Origin: an uncultured Gemmatimonadaceae bacterium
Lineage (GTDB): Bacteria > Gemmatimonadota > Gemmatimonadetes > Gemmatimonadales > Gemmatimonadaceae
Reading direction: 5' to 3'
DNA: 64,000 nucleotides
NCBI GenBank assembly: GCA_963822945.1
Contig: CAWGJO010000020.1
Coordinates: 640,001 to 704,000 of the forward strand
Part shown: one piece after another, positions 18,642 to 28,014 of the stretch
Layout: each line of letters starts with the position of its first letter
Numbering within the stretch: the stretch's first letter is position 1
The notes under the pieces: model-generated
Databases searched by the model: none
The model's input: the letters and a program-made list of their open reading frames with translations, nothing else
What the model was told of the DNA's origin: nothing
Program-made: the position numbers and the translations under genes

Positions 18642-19229
18642 ATGTCGCAGAGAACCTCCTTCTGGCTCACCCTGGGCACATTCGCCACCACACTCGTCGC
18701 GATCGCCGGATACCACGGTGACGTCGCGGCGGGACACTTCATCCCGCGTGGCCAGATGGCCATCGTCGGCGTCGCGACACTCGTCGGAGCCGTCGCCGTC
18801 GGGGGAACGCTCCTCGCGGCCCTGAAGCGCCCACGCACGCCCACGCGGCCGCCGGTCGCGTATCGCGGGCAGATGGTCGTCAATGCCTCGACCGCCGCCT
18901 TCATCGTCGGGATGCTCGTCTATCTGATCATCTATCCACCGACTCCATGGGTGTTCGACACGACGCTGGCGCTCGCGTTCGTGTTCGGCATCATGCTCGT
19001 GATCCCCGTGGCCCCGGCGGACGCACCTGCAGTCGTCGCCGTGCTCAACGGCTGCGCGGGCCTCGCGGGGTGCGGCGCGGGGTTCGCCGTCGGCAACGGC
19101 ATCACCGTCATGGCCGCCGCCCTCATTGCGGCAGCAGGGTGGATCCTCGCGATCGCCCTGCAGCGGACCATGACCCGGTCACTGACCAGCGCGGTGTTCG
19201 CCGCATTCGACGAACGGCCCGGCGTCTGA
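18642..19229 (+). CDS. Orphan PntB membrane-domain homolog lacking the NADP(H)-binding dIII
   Basis: LVIPVAPADAPAVVAVLNG...TMTRSL aligns with PntB MPIGGADMPVVISLYNA...AMNRSV in this window. Confidence 0.75.
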   Translation: MSQRTSFWLTLGTFATTLVAIAGYHGDVAAGHFIPRGQMAIVGVATLVGAVAVGGTLLAALKRPRTPTRPPVAYRGQMVVNASTAAFIVGMLVYLIIYPPTPWVFDTTLALAFVFGIMLVIPVAPADAPAVVAVLNGCAGLAGCGAGFAVGNGITVMAAALIAAAGWILAIALQRTMTRSLTSAVFAAFDERPGV

Positions 19230-19306
19230 CACGGTGAAGCAACCGGTCGCGTATTGACCGCAAGCATCGGATAGCCGGCGCGCGCCCGGCGCGTAGCTTC
19301 CCTCGT

Positions 19307-20410
19307 ATGTCGGAACGGACGCATTCGCCCATCACACACGCGAGCACGCTGTCGGCTGCCGTCGCCTGGCGCGCGATCGTCGCGCGCGATGCCCGCTATG
19401 ACGGCCGTTTCGTGTACGGCGTGACGTCCACGGGCATCTTCTGCCGTCCCTCATGCCCGTCGCGCCGTCCGCGGCGCGACCGCGTGCGCGTGTTCGCCGA
19501 CGCGCCGGCCGCCCGGACCGCCGGGTTCCGCCCGTGCAAGCGCTGCCGGCCGGCCTCGGACGCGCCGTCGCGCATCCAGGCCGCGGTCGCGCAGGCCACG
19601 GAGTACCTGCACCGGCACGCCGGGGAACGCGTCACCCTGGCCACCCTTGCGGGCGAGGTCGCCCTCAGCCCGTATCATCTGCAGCGCGCTTTCACGCGGG
19701 CCGTGGGCGTCTCGCCCCGGGAATACCAGGATGCGCTGCGCCAACGCCGCTTCGTGGAGCGGCTCCGCGCCGGAGATACCGTGAGTCGCGCCACCTACGA
19801 AGCAGGCTATGGATCGAGCAGCCGCGTGTACGGCCGCCGCGAAGTTCGCGCTGGATTGACCCCCGCCGTGTACCGGCGGCGGGCAGCCGGAAAGCGCATG
19901 CACTTCACGATCGTTGCCGTGCCCCTCGGGCGCCTGCTCGTGGCCTTCACCGACGACGGCGTGTGCGCCGTGGAACTCGGTGACGACGACGCCACCCTGG
20001 AGCGCACCCTGCGAGCGGACTTCGCGAACGCCACCATCGCCCGTGCGTCCGGCGGCGCCAACGCCTGGGTGCGCGATATCGCCGAACGCGCCCGGGGACG
20101 TCGGCCCTCGGCCTCCGTCCCCGTCCCCCTCGACGTGCAGGGAACGGCCTTCCAGTGGCGGGTCTGGAAGGCGCTCCAGCGCATTCCGTTCGGGCAGACG
20201 CGATCGTACGCCCAGGTGGCGCGCTCGGTCGGCCGCCCGCGCGCCGTGCGGGCGGTGGCCAACGCCTGCGCGCGCAACCCGGTGGCGCTCGTCGTCCCCT
20301 GTCACCGCGTCGTGCGAAGCGACGGTGCCTCCGGCGGCTACCGCTGGGGGGAAGCACGGAAGGAGGAACTGCTGCGGCGCGAGCACGCGGGCGACGAGCG
20401 GCACCGCTGA
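19307..20410 (+). CDS. ada: Bifunctional transcriptional activator / O6-methylguanine-DNA methyltransferase
   Basis: TGIFCRPSCPSR, GFRPCKRC, AraC HTH, GTAFQWRVW, VPCHRVV. Confidence 0.93.
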   Translation: MSERTHSPITHASTLSAAVAWRAIVARDARYDGRFVYGVTSTGIFCRPSCPSRRPRRDRVRVFADAPAARTAGFRPCKRCRPASDAPSRIQAAVAQATEYLHRHAGERVTLATLAGEVALSPYHLQRAFTRAVGVSPREYQDALRQRRFVERLRAGDTVSRATYEAGYGSSSRVYGRREVRAGLTPAVYRRRAAGKRMHFTIVAVPLGRLLVAFTDDGVCAVELGDDDATLERTLRADFANATIARASGGANAWVRDIAERARGRRPSASVPVPLDVQGTAFQWRVWKALQRIPFGQTRSYAQVARSVGRPRAVRAVANACARNPVALVVPCHRVVRSDGASGGYRWGEARKEELLRREHAGDERHR

Positions 20411-20510
20411 CGCGCCCGGACGGGCGGGGCGGCGTCTCGCTTCAACCTTTCCCGTCGGCGGGTTGTCCAAGCCGGTGCGTCACAACCTCACTCTCGCACC
20501 GATCCGACCC

Positions 20511-21416
20511 ATGCAATCATTCGCTCGCTCGACCACCACGGTCGCCCTGCTGTTGGCATCTCTCGCCGCGCCGGCCGTGGTCGGCGCGCAGACGGACAAC
20601 CCCTTCACCTGGTCTGGCAGCATGCGTCCGGGCGCCACACTCACGGTGCGTAACTTCAACGGGCGCATCGACGTGCGAGCCGGCACCGGAAGCCGGGTCG
20701 AGGTACGGGCCGAACGCATGTCGTCGCGCAGCCGTTGGGCCGATCTCACCTTCGAGGCCCGGAACGACGGCGGAGACGTCTCGGTCTGCTCCGTCTGGCG
20801 CGGCCACAGCGCCTGCGACCACAGCCGGGGTGGCGACTGGGACGACGATGACCACGACGGGCGCGACATGCGGGCATCGATCTCGATCACCCTGCCCAAG
20901 GGCGTCGCGCTCCGCGGCGCCACGGGAAACGGGGCCGTGACGGTGGAGGGCACCGGCGGTGACGTGGTGATCAGCACCGGCAACGGGGACGTCACCCTCC
21001 GCGGGACTTCCGGAACGGTGAAGGTCTCGTCGGGGAACGGCGGAGTCGAGGTAACGGGCGCCGAGGGCGCGGTGACCGCCAGTACCGGCAATGGGCGGGT
21101 GCGGGTGACCACGGGGAAGGGACCGGTGAATGCGTCCACCGGCAACGGCGACATCACGGTGGACATGCGGTCCGTGGCGGGCACTGAGGACATGAAATTC
21201 ACCACCGGGCACGGCGACATCGACGTCACGCTGCCGGCCTCCATCAACGCCGACTTCGAAGCCAGCACCGGGTGGGGCTCCATCCGTACCGACTTCCCGA
21301 TCCGTGTGGACGGATCTCTCAATCCCCGCCACATCAGGGGAACGATCGGTCGGGGAGGACAGCGGATCCGAATGTCGACCGGTTTCGGCACCGTCGAATT
21401 GCGCAAGGCGAACTGA
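20511..21416 (+). CDS. Exported DUF4097 (adhesin-like beta-repeat) protein
   Basis: Signal peptide; repeated (S/T)TGNG(D/R)(V/I)xV units. Confidence 0.85.
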   Translation: MQSFARSTTTVALLLASLAAPAVVGAQTDNPFTWSGSMRPGATLTVRNFNGRIDVRAGTGSRVEVRAERMSSRSRWADLTFEARNDGGDVSVCSVWRGHSACDHSRGGDWDDDDHDGRDMRASISITLPKGVALRGATGNGAVTVEGTGGDVVISTGNGDVTLRGTSGTVKVSSGNGGVEVTGAEGAVTASTGNGRVRVTTGKGPVNASTGNGDITVDMRSVAGTEDMKFTTGHGDIDVTLPASINADFEASTGWGSIRTDFPIRVDGSLNPRHIRGTIGRGGQRIRMSTGFGTVELRKAN

Positions 21417-21467
21417 TCGGGCGCTCCCCTCTAGTTGCCGGTCGGGCGTCAGGGTTAAGATGCCCGG

Positions 21468-22673
21468 ATGGTGGCTCCCCTCCCCCAATCCCAGTTCTCG
21501 GTTCCGGCCGACCTGACGTACGTCGCGCTGCTGTTCGCGTTGTTCGTCGTGCCCAAGGCGCTGCAGCGGTATCGCATCCCCGACGCCGTGACGTGCCTCG
21601 TGCTCGGATTCGGTGCGGCGGCGCTGGGGTTGGAACGCGGCAATCAGACGGTGGAGCTGCTCTCCACCTTCGGGATCACCGCCCTGTTTCTGTTCGCCGG
21701 CCTCGAGATCGACGCCCGCGAACTTCGGCGCGACGTGAAGACGCTCGTGCAGCACGTGACGGTCTGGTCGGCCCTGGCGCTCGTGGTCGGCGCGCTCGCC
21801 GTCCAATTCCTGCACCTGCCGTGGCGCGCCGCCGCCCTCACCTCACTGGCACTCGTCACCCCGTCCACGGGATTCATCCTCTCGTCGCTGCGAGCCTTCG
21901 GACTGTCGCCGGCCGAACAGTTCGCCGTGAAGACGAAAGCGGTTGGTTCGGAGCTGGTGGCCCTGGCCGGCCTGTTCTTCATTCTGCAGACGACGTCGTG
22001 GGAGCGCTTTCTCGTTGCCACCGTCGCCATGGTGCTGATCGTCGCGTTCATCCCGTTCGCGTTTCGTGTGTTCGCGACGCGTATCGCGCCGTTCGCGCCG
22101 CGTTCCGAATTCGCGTTTCTGTTGATGGTCGCCGTGGTCTGCGCGTACGCCACACGCGCGCTCGGCGTCTACTATCTCGTCGGCGCATTCCTCGTGGGAG
22201 TGGCGGCCCAGCGCTTCCGCATGCAGCTACCGGCGATGTCGTCGGAGAAGATGGTGGATGCCCTGGAGGCGTTCGGCTCCGTGTTCATCCCGTTCTACTT
22301 CTTCGCGGCGGGCACCCACGTGGAACAGGGACAGTTGGGTTGGTTCGCCGCCGCGGTGGCCACGGGCCTCCTGGTCGTGGTCACGCCGCTACGGGTCTTC
22401 TCCGTGACGACGCACCGTCGCGCGGCCCTCCACGAGTCGTTCTCGCAGAGTCGACGCATCGGGATTGCGCTGGTTCCGACACTCGTCTTCACGCTGGTCC
22501 TGAGCAGCATTCTCCAGCAAGACTTCGGCGCGCCGCAATGGCTGGTGGGCGCGCTGATCATCTACACGGTGGTGAACACGCTGATGCCGGCGTTCCTGCT
22601 GCGCGGGCAGGCGCCCGAGTTCACCGAACCGCTGGCGGAGCGGGCGGCGGAACTGGAAGCGCCGATGCCGTGA
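21468..22673 (+). CDS. Cation:proton antiporter (CPA2/Kef-like)
   Basis: Multi-TM; GITALFLFAGLEID, LVGAFLVG, FIPFYFFAAG. Confidence 0.8.
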   Translation: MVAPLPQSQFSVPADLTYVALLFALFVVPKALQRYRIPDAVTCLVLGFGAAALGLERGNQTVELLSTFGITALFLFAGLEIDARELRRDVKTLVQHVTVWSALALVVGALAVQFLHLPWRAAALTSLALVTPSTGFILSSLRAFGLSPAEQFAVKTKAVGSELVALAGLFFILQTTSWERFLVATVAMVLIVAFIPFAFRVFATRIAPFAPRSEFAFLLMVAVVCAYATRALGVYYLVGAFLVGVAAQRFRMQLPAMSSEKMVDALEAFGSVFIPFYFFAAGTHVEQGQLGWFAAAVATGLLVVVTPLRVFSVTTHRRAALHESFSQSRRIGIALVPTLVFTLVLSSILQQDFGAPQWLVGALIIYTVVNTLMPAFLLRGQAPEFTEPLAERAAELEAPMP

Positions 22674-23686
22674 GTGACGCCGCCCACGATCCAGGCGTCG
22701 CCGAAGCCCTTCGACGCAGCGAGCGGGCGGGCCAGCGCGAACTCCGCGTCATCACCACGCCGTCGGGATGCCGCATCCGGATCGGCACCGCCAGTTGGAC
22801 GGACCCGACGATGGTCGCGCCCGGCGTGTTCTATCCGGACGGCGTCGCCAGTCCCGAAGCGCGGCTCCGGTATTATGCATCGCGCTTTCCGCTCGTCGAG
22901 GTCGATTCCACGTACTACGCCATCCCGGCGCGGCGTATGGGCGTGATCTGGGCCGAGCGAACGCCGGCGGACTTCACCTTCAACGTGAAGGCGCACGCGC
23001 TGATGACCGGCCAGCCCACCGAGACCGCGCGCCTGCCGAAGTCGCTCCGTGACGCGCTCCCGAAGGCGACACGCGACAAGCGGCGGATCTACGCCCGGGA
23101 CCTCCCGCCGGAGTTGCTGGACGAAGCCTGGTCGTCGTTCCTCGATGCCCTGGAACCGTTGCGCGCCACGGGAAAGCTGGGAGCCATTCTGCTGCAGTAT
23201 CCACGCTGGGTGCGCCCGTCACGCGCTTCCGCCGCACTGATCGCCGACGCCCGGCGCCGGTTGGGCGACCGGCACGGGGCCGTGGAGTTCCGGCATCGGG
23301 ATTGGATGGCCGACGCCATGCGCGACCGCACCCTCGCGTTGCTCGAACGCACCGGCTTCGCGTATGTGTGCGTGGACGAGCCGCAGGGCCTGGAGAGCAG
23401 CGTCCCGCCGGATGCGGTGACCACCGACCGTCGGCTGTCCATGGTGCGCTTCCACGGGCGGCGGGCGGAATTCTGGGAGGGCCCGGTGGCGAAGGTCAGC
23501 GAGCGATTTCGATATCTGTACGACGACGGACAGCTGCGCGAGTGGCTGCCTCGCATCGCGCGCCTTGCCGAGCGCGCCGAGGAGCTCCACCTGGTCTTCA
23601 ACAACTGCTACGCCAACTACGGCACGACCAATGCCCTCGAGATGGGACGGCTGCTGCGCGGGACGGAGGGCGCGGCGGGGGAGTGA
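22670..23686 (+). CDS. DUF72 family protein
   Basis: IGTASW, VEVDSTYYAIP, KLGAILLQYP, VEFRH, RFHGR, YLY, FNN; GTGA overlap start. Confidence 0.9.
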   Translation: MSDAAHDPGVAEALRRSERAGQRELRVITTPSGCRIRIGTASWTDPTMVAPGVFYPDGVASPEARLRYYASRFPLVEVDSTYYAIPARRMGVIWAERTPADFTFNVKAHALMTGQPTETARLPKSLRDALPKATRDKRRIYARDLPPELLDEAWSSFLDALEPLRATGKLGAILLQYPRWVRPSRASAALIADARRRLGDRHGAVEFRHRDWMADAMRDRTLALLERTGFAYVCVDEPQGLESSVPPDAVTTDRRLSMVRFHGRRAEFWEGPVAKVSERFRYLYDDGQLREWLPRIARLAERAEELHLVFNNCYANYGTTNALEMGRLLRGTEGAAGE

Positions 23687-23722
23687 ATGACTGCGGCTAC
23701 ACGCTCTGGCCGCCGCCCGGAA

Positions 23723-26122
23723 TCACTCTCCGTACGGGATCCAGATGTTCTTCACCTGCGTCGCGGCCCGGAGGAACTCGCGCCCCTCACCCTGCGTCCC
23801 GTGCAGCCAGTCACGCTGCCGCCACGAGCACCAGGTGCGTTTCATGTTGGACGCCGAGGCCTGTTCGACCATGCGGACGCCGTCGCGCGAGCCGAAATAC
23901 CACATCGCTTCCACGTCATCGTGCTCGGCGAGCACATTGGCCAGCGCGTCCGTGTCCCCGGTGACGATGTTGACCACGCCGCCGGGCAGATCCGACGTAT
24001 CCAGCACGCCGTAGAAGTCCGTCGCCGAGAGCGGGTGTGCCTGCGACGGAATCATGACCACCGCGTTGCCGCTCCCGATGGCGGGCGCCAGCAGCGATAC
24101 GAAGCCGAGGAGCGGTTGCTCCTCCGGACAGGCGATGCCGATCACACCGATCGGTTCGTGCATGGCCAGAGCGACGCCGCGGATCGGCACGTCGTGCACG
24201 GCCCCGTCGTACTTGTCGGCCCACGCCGCATAGGTGAACAGCCGGGAGATGGCGGCCTGAACCTCGCGCCCGGCGGCGCGGCGGCCGACGCCGGTCTGGG
24301 CGTCGATCCGGGCGGCGAACTCCTGGTCCCGCGCCGAGAGATTCTCGGCGATGTAGTACAGGATCTGGGCGCGCAGATGGCCACTCGCCCTGGCCCACGC
24401 CGGCCACGCCTTGTGGGCCGCTTCCACGGCGTTCCGGATGTCCTTCCGGTTGCCGTCACCCACCTCGCCGAGAAATCGGCCCTTCGGGCCGACGACGGCG
24501 CGCGAGTATCCGCCGTCGGGACGCGCCTGCTTGCCGCCGATGTAGAGTTTGGGCGTCCGGTCGATGGCCGGTCCGCTCCGTCCCTTCACGGTCTTTCCCG
24601 CGCGTTCCGCGGGCTCCGTGGCAAGCGGCTTCGCAGCCGGCCGCACGGCAGCCCCGCGCTCCCAGTCGGCCTTGAGGTACTCCCACATCCCCTCGCGCCC
24701 ACCCTCTCGCCCGAACCCGCTCTCCCGGTAGCCGCCGAAGCCGGCCGACGCATCGAACATGTTGGTGGAATTGATCCACACCACACCGGCTTTGATCTTC
24801 GGCGCGATGTCCAGCGCCAGATTGATGTTCTCCGTCCACACGCTCGCCGCCAGACCGTACGGCGTGTTGTTGGCGAGCGCCACGCTCTCGGCCGGTGTCC
24901 GGAACGTCATCTCCACGAGCACCGGGCCGAAGATCTCCACCTGCGCGATCGTCGAGGCCGGTTCGACGTCCGTGAACAGCGTGGGCGGGTAGAAGTAGCC
25001 ATCGGTCGGGCAGGCCCACGACGGCTGCCACATGGAGGCGCCTTCGGTGACACCCTGGTCCACGAGCTGTTTGATGCGGGCGAGTTGCACGGGCGCCACG
25101 ATTGCTCCCATGTCCACCGCCTTGTCGAGCGGCGAGCCGATTCGCAGCGTCTCCATGCGGGCACGCAGCTTGGCGATCAGGCGATCGGCCACTCCCTCCT
25201 GCACGAGCAGGCGCGAGCCGGCGCAGCACACCTGCCCCTGATTGAACCAGATCGCGTCCACCACGCCCTCGACCACGCTGTCGAGATCGGCGTCCTCGTA
25301 GACGATGAAGGGGCTCTTGCCTCCCAGTTCGAGGCTCAGCTTCTTGCCGCTCCCGGCCGTGGCGCGGCGAATGATGCGTCCGACTTCGGTGGACCCGGTG
25401 AACGCGATCTTGTCCACGTCGTCGTGTTCGACGATCAACCGGCCCGTGTCGCCGTCCCCCGTGACCACGTTGACGACGCCGGCCGGGATTCCGGCACGCT
25501 CGGCGATTTCCGCGAACAGCAGCGCCGTGAGCGGCGTGAACTCCGCGGGCTTCAGCACAACCGTGTTCCCGGCCGCGAGCGCCGGAGCAACCTTCCAGGC
25601 AAGCATCAGGAGCGGGAAGTTCCACGGGATGATCTGACCGACCACGCCCACCGCGCTGTAGCCCGTGAACTCCGTGTCCAGCAGCTGCGCCCAGCCCGCA
25701 TGGTGATAGAAGTGGCGCACCACGAGCGGAATGTCGATGTCGCGGGTCTCGCGGATCGACTTGCCGTTGTTCATGCTCTCCAGCACGGCGAACAGCCGCG
25801 AGTGCTTCTGCACCTCACGGGCCAGCGCGTACAGGAACCGCGCCCGGGCATGACAACCCACCCCCTGCCAGGCGGGCAGCGCCTTTCGCGCTGCCTGCAC
25901 GGCTGCGTCCACCTCCGCTGGTGTGCCCTGCGCCACGCGGGCCAGCACATTGGCCGTCCCGGGATCGATGACGTCGAAACGCTTCGCGGGCTTCGTCCAT
26001 CGGCCACCGATGAAGTGTCCGAACTCGCCGCCGTGGCGCTCGAGCCACTGTTGCGCCTCGGCGCGGCTCTCCGGAGCCGGGCCGTACTCCATCGTTTCGA
26101 AGATTGCGGGAACGCTGGCCAT
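23723..26122 (-). CDS. Long aldehyde dehydrogenase (ALDH16-like, extra C-terminal Rossmann half)
   Basis: IIPWNFP, FTGST, LELGGK, NQGQVCCAGSR, EIFGP; second partial domain starting KLYIGGKQAR. Confidence 0.9.
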   Translation of the reverse strand: MASVPAIFETMEYGPAPESRAEAQQWLERHGGEFGHFIGGRWTKPAKRFDVIDPGTANVLARVAQGTPAEVDAAVQAARKALPAWQGVGCHARARFLYALAREVQKHSRLFAVLESMNNGKSIRETRDIDIPLVVRHFYHHAGWAQLLDTEFTGYSAVGVVGQIIPWNFPLLMLAWKVAPALAAGNTVVLKPAEFTPLTALLFAEIAERAGIPAGVVNVVTGDGDTGRLIVEHDDVDKIAFTGSTEVGRIIRRATAGSGKKLSLELGGKSPFIVYEDADLDSVVEGVVDAIWFNQGQVCCAGSRLLVQEGVADRLIAKLRARMETLRIGSPLDKAVDMGAIVAPVQLARIKQLVDQGVTEGASMWQPSWACPTDGYFYPPTLFTDVEPASTIAQVEIFGPVLVEMTFRTPAESVALANNTPYGLAASVWTENINLALDIAPKIKAGVVWINSTNMFDASAGFGGYRESGFGREGGREGMWEYLKADWERGAAVRPAAKPLATEPAERAGKTVKGRSGPAIDRTPKLYIGGKQARPDGGYSRAVVGPKGRFLGEVGDGNRKDIRNAVEAAHKAWPAWARASGHLRAQILYYIAENLSARDQEFAARIDAQTGVGRRAAGREVQAAISRLFTYAAWADKYDGAVHDVPIRGVALAMHEPIGVIGIACPEEQPLLGFVSLLAPAIGSGNAVVMIPSQAHPLSATDFYGVLDTSDLPGGVVNIVTGDTDALANVLAEHDDVEAMWYFGSRDGVRMVEQASASNMKRTWCSWRQRDWLHGTQGEGREFLRAATQVKNIWIPYGE

Positions 26123-26195
26123 GAGCCGCTCGTGTTGGGATCAACTGACAACTGATCAACGTCGTGCAGTCCGACTGCCCGACGGTCCGACTCCC

Positions 26196-27257
26196 TCAGC
26201 CCATCGGTTGCCGGTAGCCTGCCGCATACCGTCCCGTCAGGAACATCTCCAATTGCCGTTCGATGTCGGTGAGCAGCGAACTGGCGCCGAACCGGAAGAG
26301 GTCGGCACGCAGCCACCGGGTGCCCAACTCCTCCTTCATCAGGTACATGAATTCGAGGGCTTGCTTGGCAGTGCGGATGCCGCCCGCCGGCTTGAAACCC
26401 ACCGCGTAGCCGGTCTGCTCGTGGTACTGACGGATCATCCGGGTCATCACCAGCGCAAAGGGGAGGGTCGCGTTCACACCTTCCTTGCCGGTGGACGTCT
26501 TGATGAAGTCGGCGCCAGCCTGCATGGCGACCATGCTCGCCCGGGCCACGTTGCCGAGCGTCGCCAGTTCGCCGGTGGCGAGGATGGCCTTCATATGTGC
26601 ATCGCCGCAGGCCGCGCGGAAGGCCTTCACTTCGTGATAGAGAGCTTCATAGTTGCCCGTGAGCACGTGCGCGCGGGTAATGACGATGTCGATCTCGCGC
26701 GCGCCGGCCGCAACCGACGCGTGGATCTCCTCCAGGCGCTGCTCGAAGGGATTCAAACCGGCCGGAAACCCGGTCGAGACCGCCGCCACGGGAATGTCGG
26801 TGCCGCGCAGTGCCTCAACCGCCGTCTGCACCAGCGCGTGGTACACGCACACCGCGCCCACCGTGATGTGGAGGTCCTCGACCCCGAGCCCCGCCGCCAC
26901 GTCGTCACGCAGCGGGCGCTGCGCCTTGGCGCACAACCGCCGCACGTTACCGGGCGTGTCGTCGCCGGAGAGGGTCGTCAGGTCGATGAGGGTGATGGCG
27001 CGGAGCAGCCAGGCCGCCTGCCACTCCTTCTTCACGGTGCGGCGCGTAGGAATCGTGGCCGCCCGGCGCTCCACGGCACTCCGGTTCACCCGGATGGCGC
27101 GCACGACGTCGAGATCGAGCGGCGTGCCCGCATTCCGTTCCAGATGGGAGGCCGGCGGCCCGGACCGATCGGCGGTCACCAGCACGGGGCGGGGGCCATG
27201 CCCGGCACTGGCGGCGGCTTTCCGCGTCGCCGGCTCGAGGTTGCGATTCGCAGTCAT
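26196..27257 (-). CDS. deoC: Deoxyribose-phosphate aldolase (long, DERA-like)
   Basis: IDLTTL, GFPAG, GAREIDIVI, GADFIKTSTGK, GFKPAGGI, FRFGASSLL. Confidence 0.95.
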   Translation of the reverse strand: MTANRNLEPATRKAAASAGHGPRPVLVTADRSGPPASHLERNAGTPLDLDVVRAIRVNRSAVERRAATIPTRRTVKKEWQAAWLLRAITLIDLTTLSGDDTPGNVRRLCAKAQRPLRDDVAAGLGVEDLHITVGAVCVYHALVQTAVEALRGTDIPVAAVSTGFPAGLNPFEQRLEEIHASVAAGAREIDIVITRAHVLTGNYEALYHEVKAFRAACGDAHMKAILATGELATLGNVARASMVAMQAGADFIKTSTGKEGVNATLPFALVMTRMIRQYHEQTGYAVGFKPAGGIRTAKQALEFMYLMKEELGTRWLRADLFRFGASSLLTDIERQLEMFLTGRYAAGYRQPMG

Positions 27258-27351
27258 GGAAGCCACGGAGCTACATCACGGACGGCATGCCCGGATGGAC
27301 CTGTATACTAATGTCTACCAAGCGCTTCCGCACGAACTGCGGCCCCGTCTG

Positions 27352-28014
27352 CTACTCCTCGGTCAACAGCCCCAGATGCAGCGCGAACTGCACGTACTCC
27401 GACCGGTGCTGCAGGCCGAGTTTCTCCTGGATGCGTTGCTTGTAGGTATCGACGGTCTTGGGGCTGATGAACAGCCGCGCGCCGATCTCGGGCGCCGAAT
27501 ACCCCTGGGCGACCAGTCGGAGCACGTCTCGCTCGCGCTGCGTGAGACGCTCGTACTTGGTCCGCTCGTCGATATGCTCGGCTTTCTTCCGCAACCCACC
27601 GGCCAACACCCGTGCCGCCGATGGCTGGAGGTACGTGTCGCCGTGCGCCACGGCCCGCACCGCGTCCACCAGCTCGCGATCGGCCGCGCTCTTCTGCAGG
27701 AACCCGCTGGCCCCACTCTCCAACAGAGGCACGAGTGCCTCGTCGGGGGAGTGCATGGTCAGAATCAGGATCCGGGTCCGCGTGCCGGCCGCCGAGAGCG
27801 TCTTCGTCGCCTCGGCACCGTCCATCTGCGGCATGGATAGATCCATGACCAGTACGTCGGGATCCATCTTCTCGGTCATCGCCACCGCGTCGGCGCCGTT
27901 CGCCACCTCGCCGATCACCTGGATGTCCTTGGCGCCACCGAGCACCGCTTTCAGGCCGGCGCGAACTACGGTGTGGTCATCTGCGAGTACGACGCGAATG
28001 ATGTCGTTGGTCAC
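27352..28014 (-). CDS. NarL/LuxR-family response regulator
   Basis: LADDHTVVRAG, MDLSMP, LTQRERDVLRLVAQG...ISPKTV. Confidence 0.95.
   Translation of the reverse strand: MTNDIIRVVLADDHTVVRAGLKAVLGGAKDIQVIGEVANGADAVAMTEKMDPDVLVMDLSMPQMDGAEATKTLSAAGTRTRILILTMHSPDEALVPLLESGASGFLQKSAADRELVDAVRAVAHGDTYLQPSAARVLAGGLRKKAEHIDERTKYERLTQRERDVLRLVAQGYSAPEIGARLFISPKTVDTYKQRIQEKLGLQHRSEYVQFALHLGLLTEE

Noticed and set aside
21272..22669. N-terminal part of the 804-aa ORF fused to DUF72
   Set aside because: Overlaps the antiporter in another frame; DUF72 starts plausibly at GTG 22670
23687..26155. 822-aa plus-strand ORF and similar long shadow ORFs (e.g. 31042-33171, 50152-52314, 61956-63242)
   Set aside because: Antisense shadows of clear genes, typical of high-GC codon bias; no motifs
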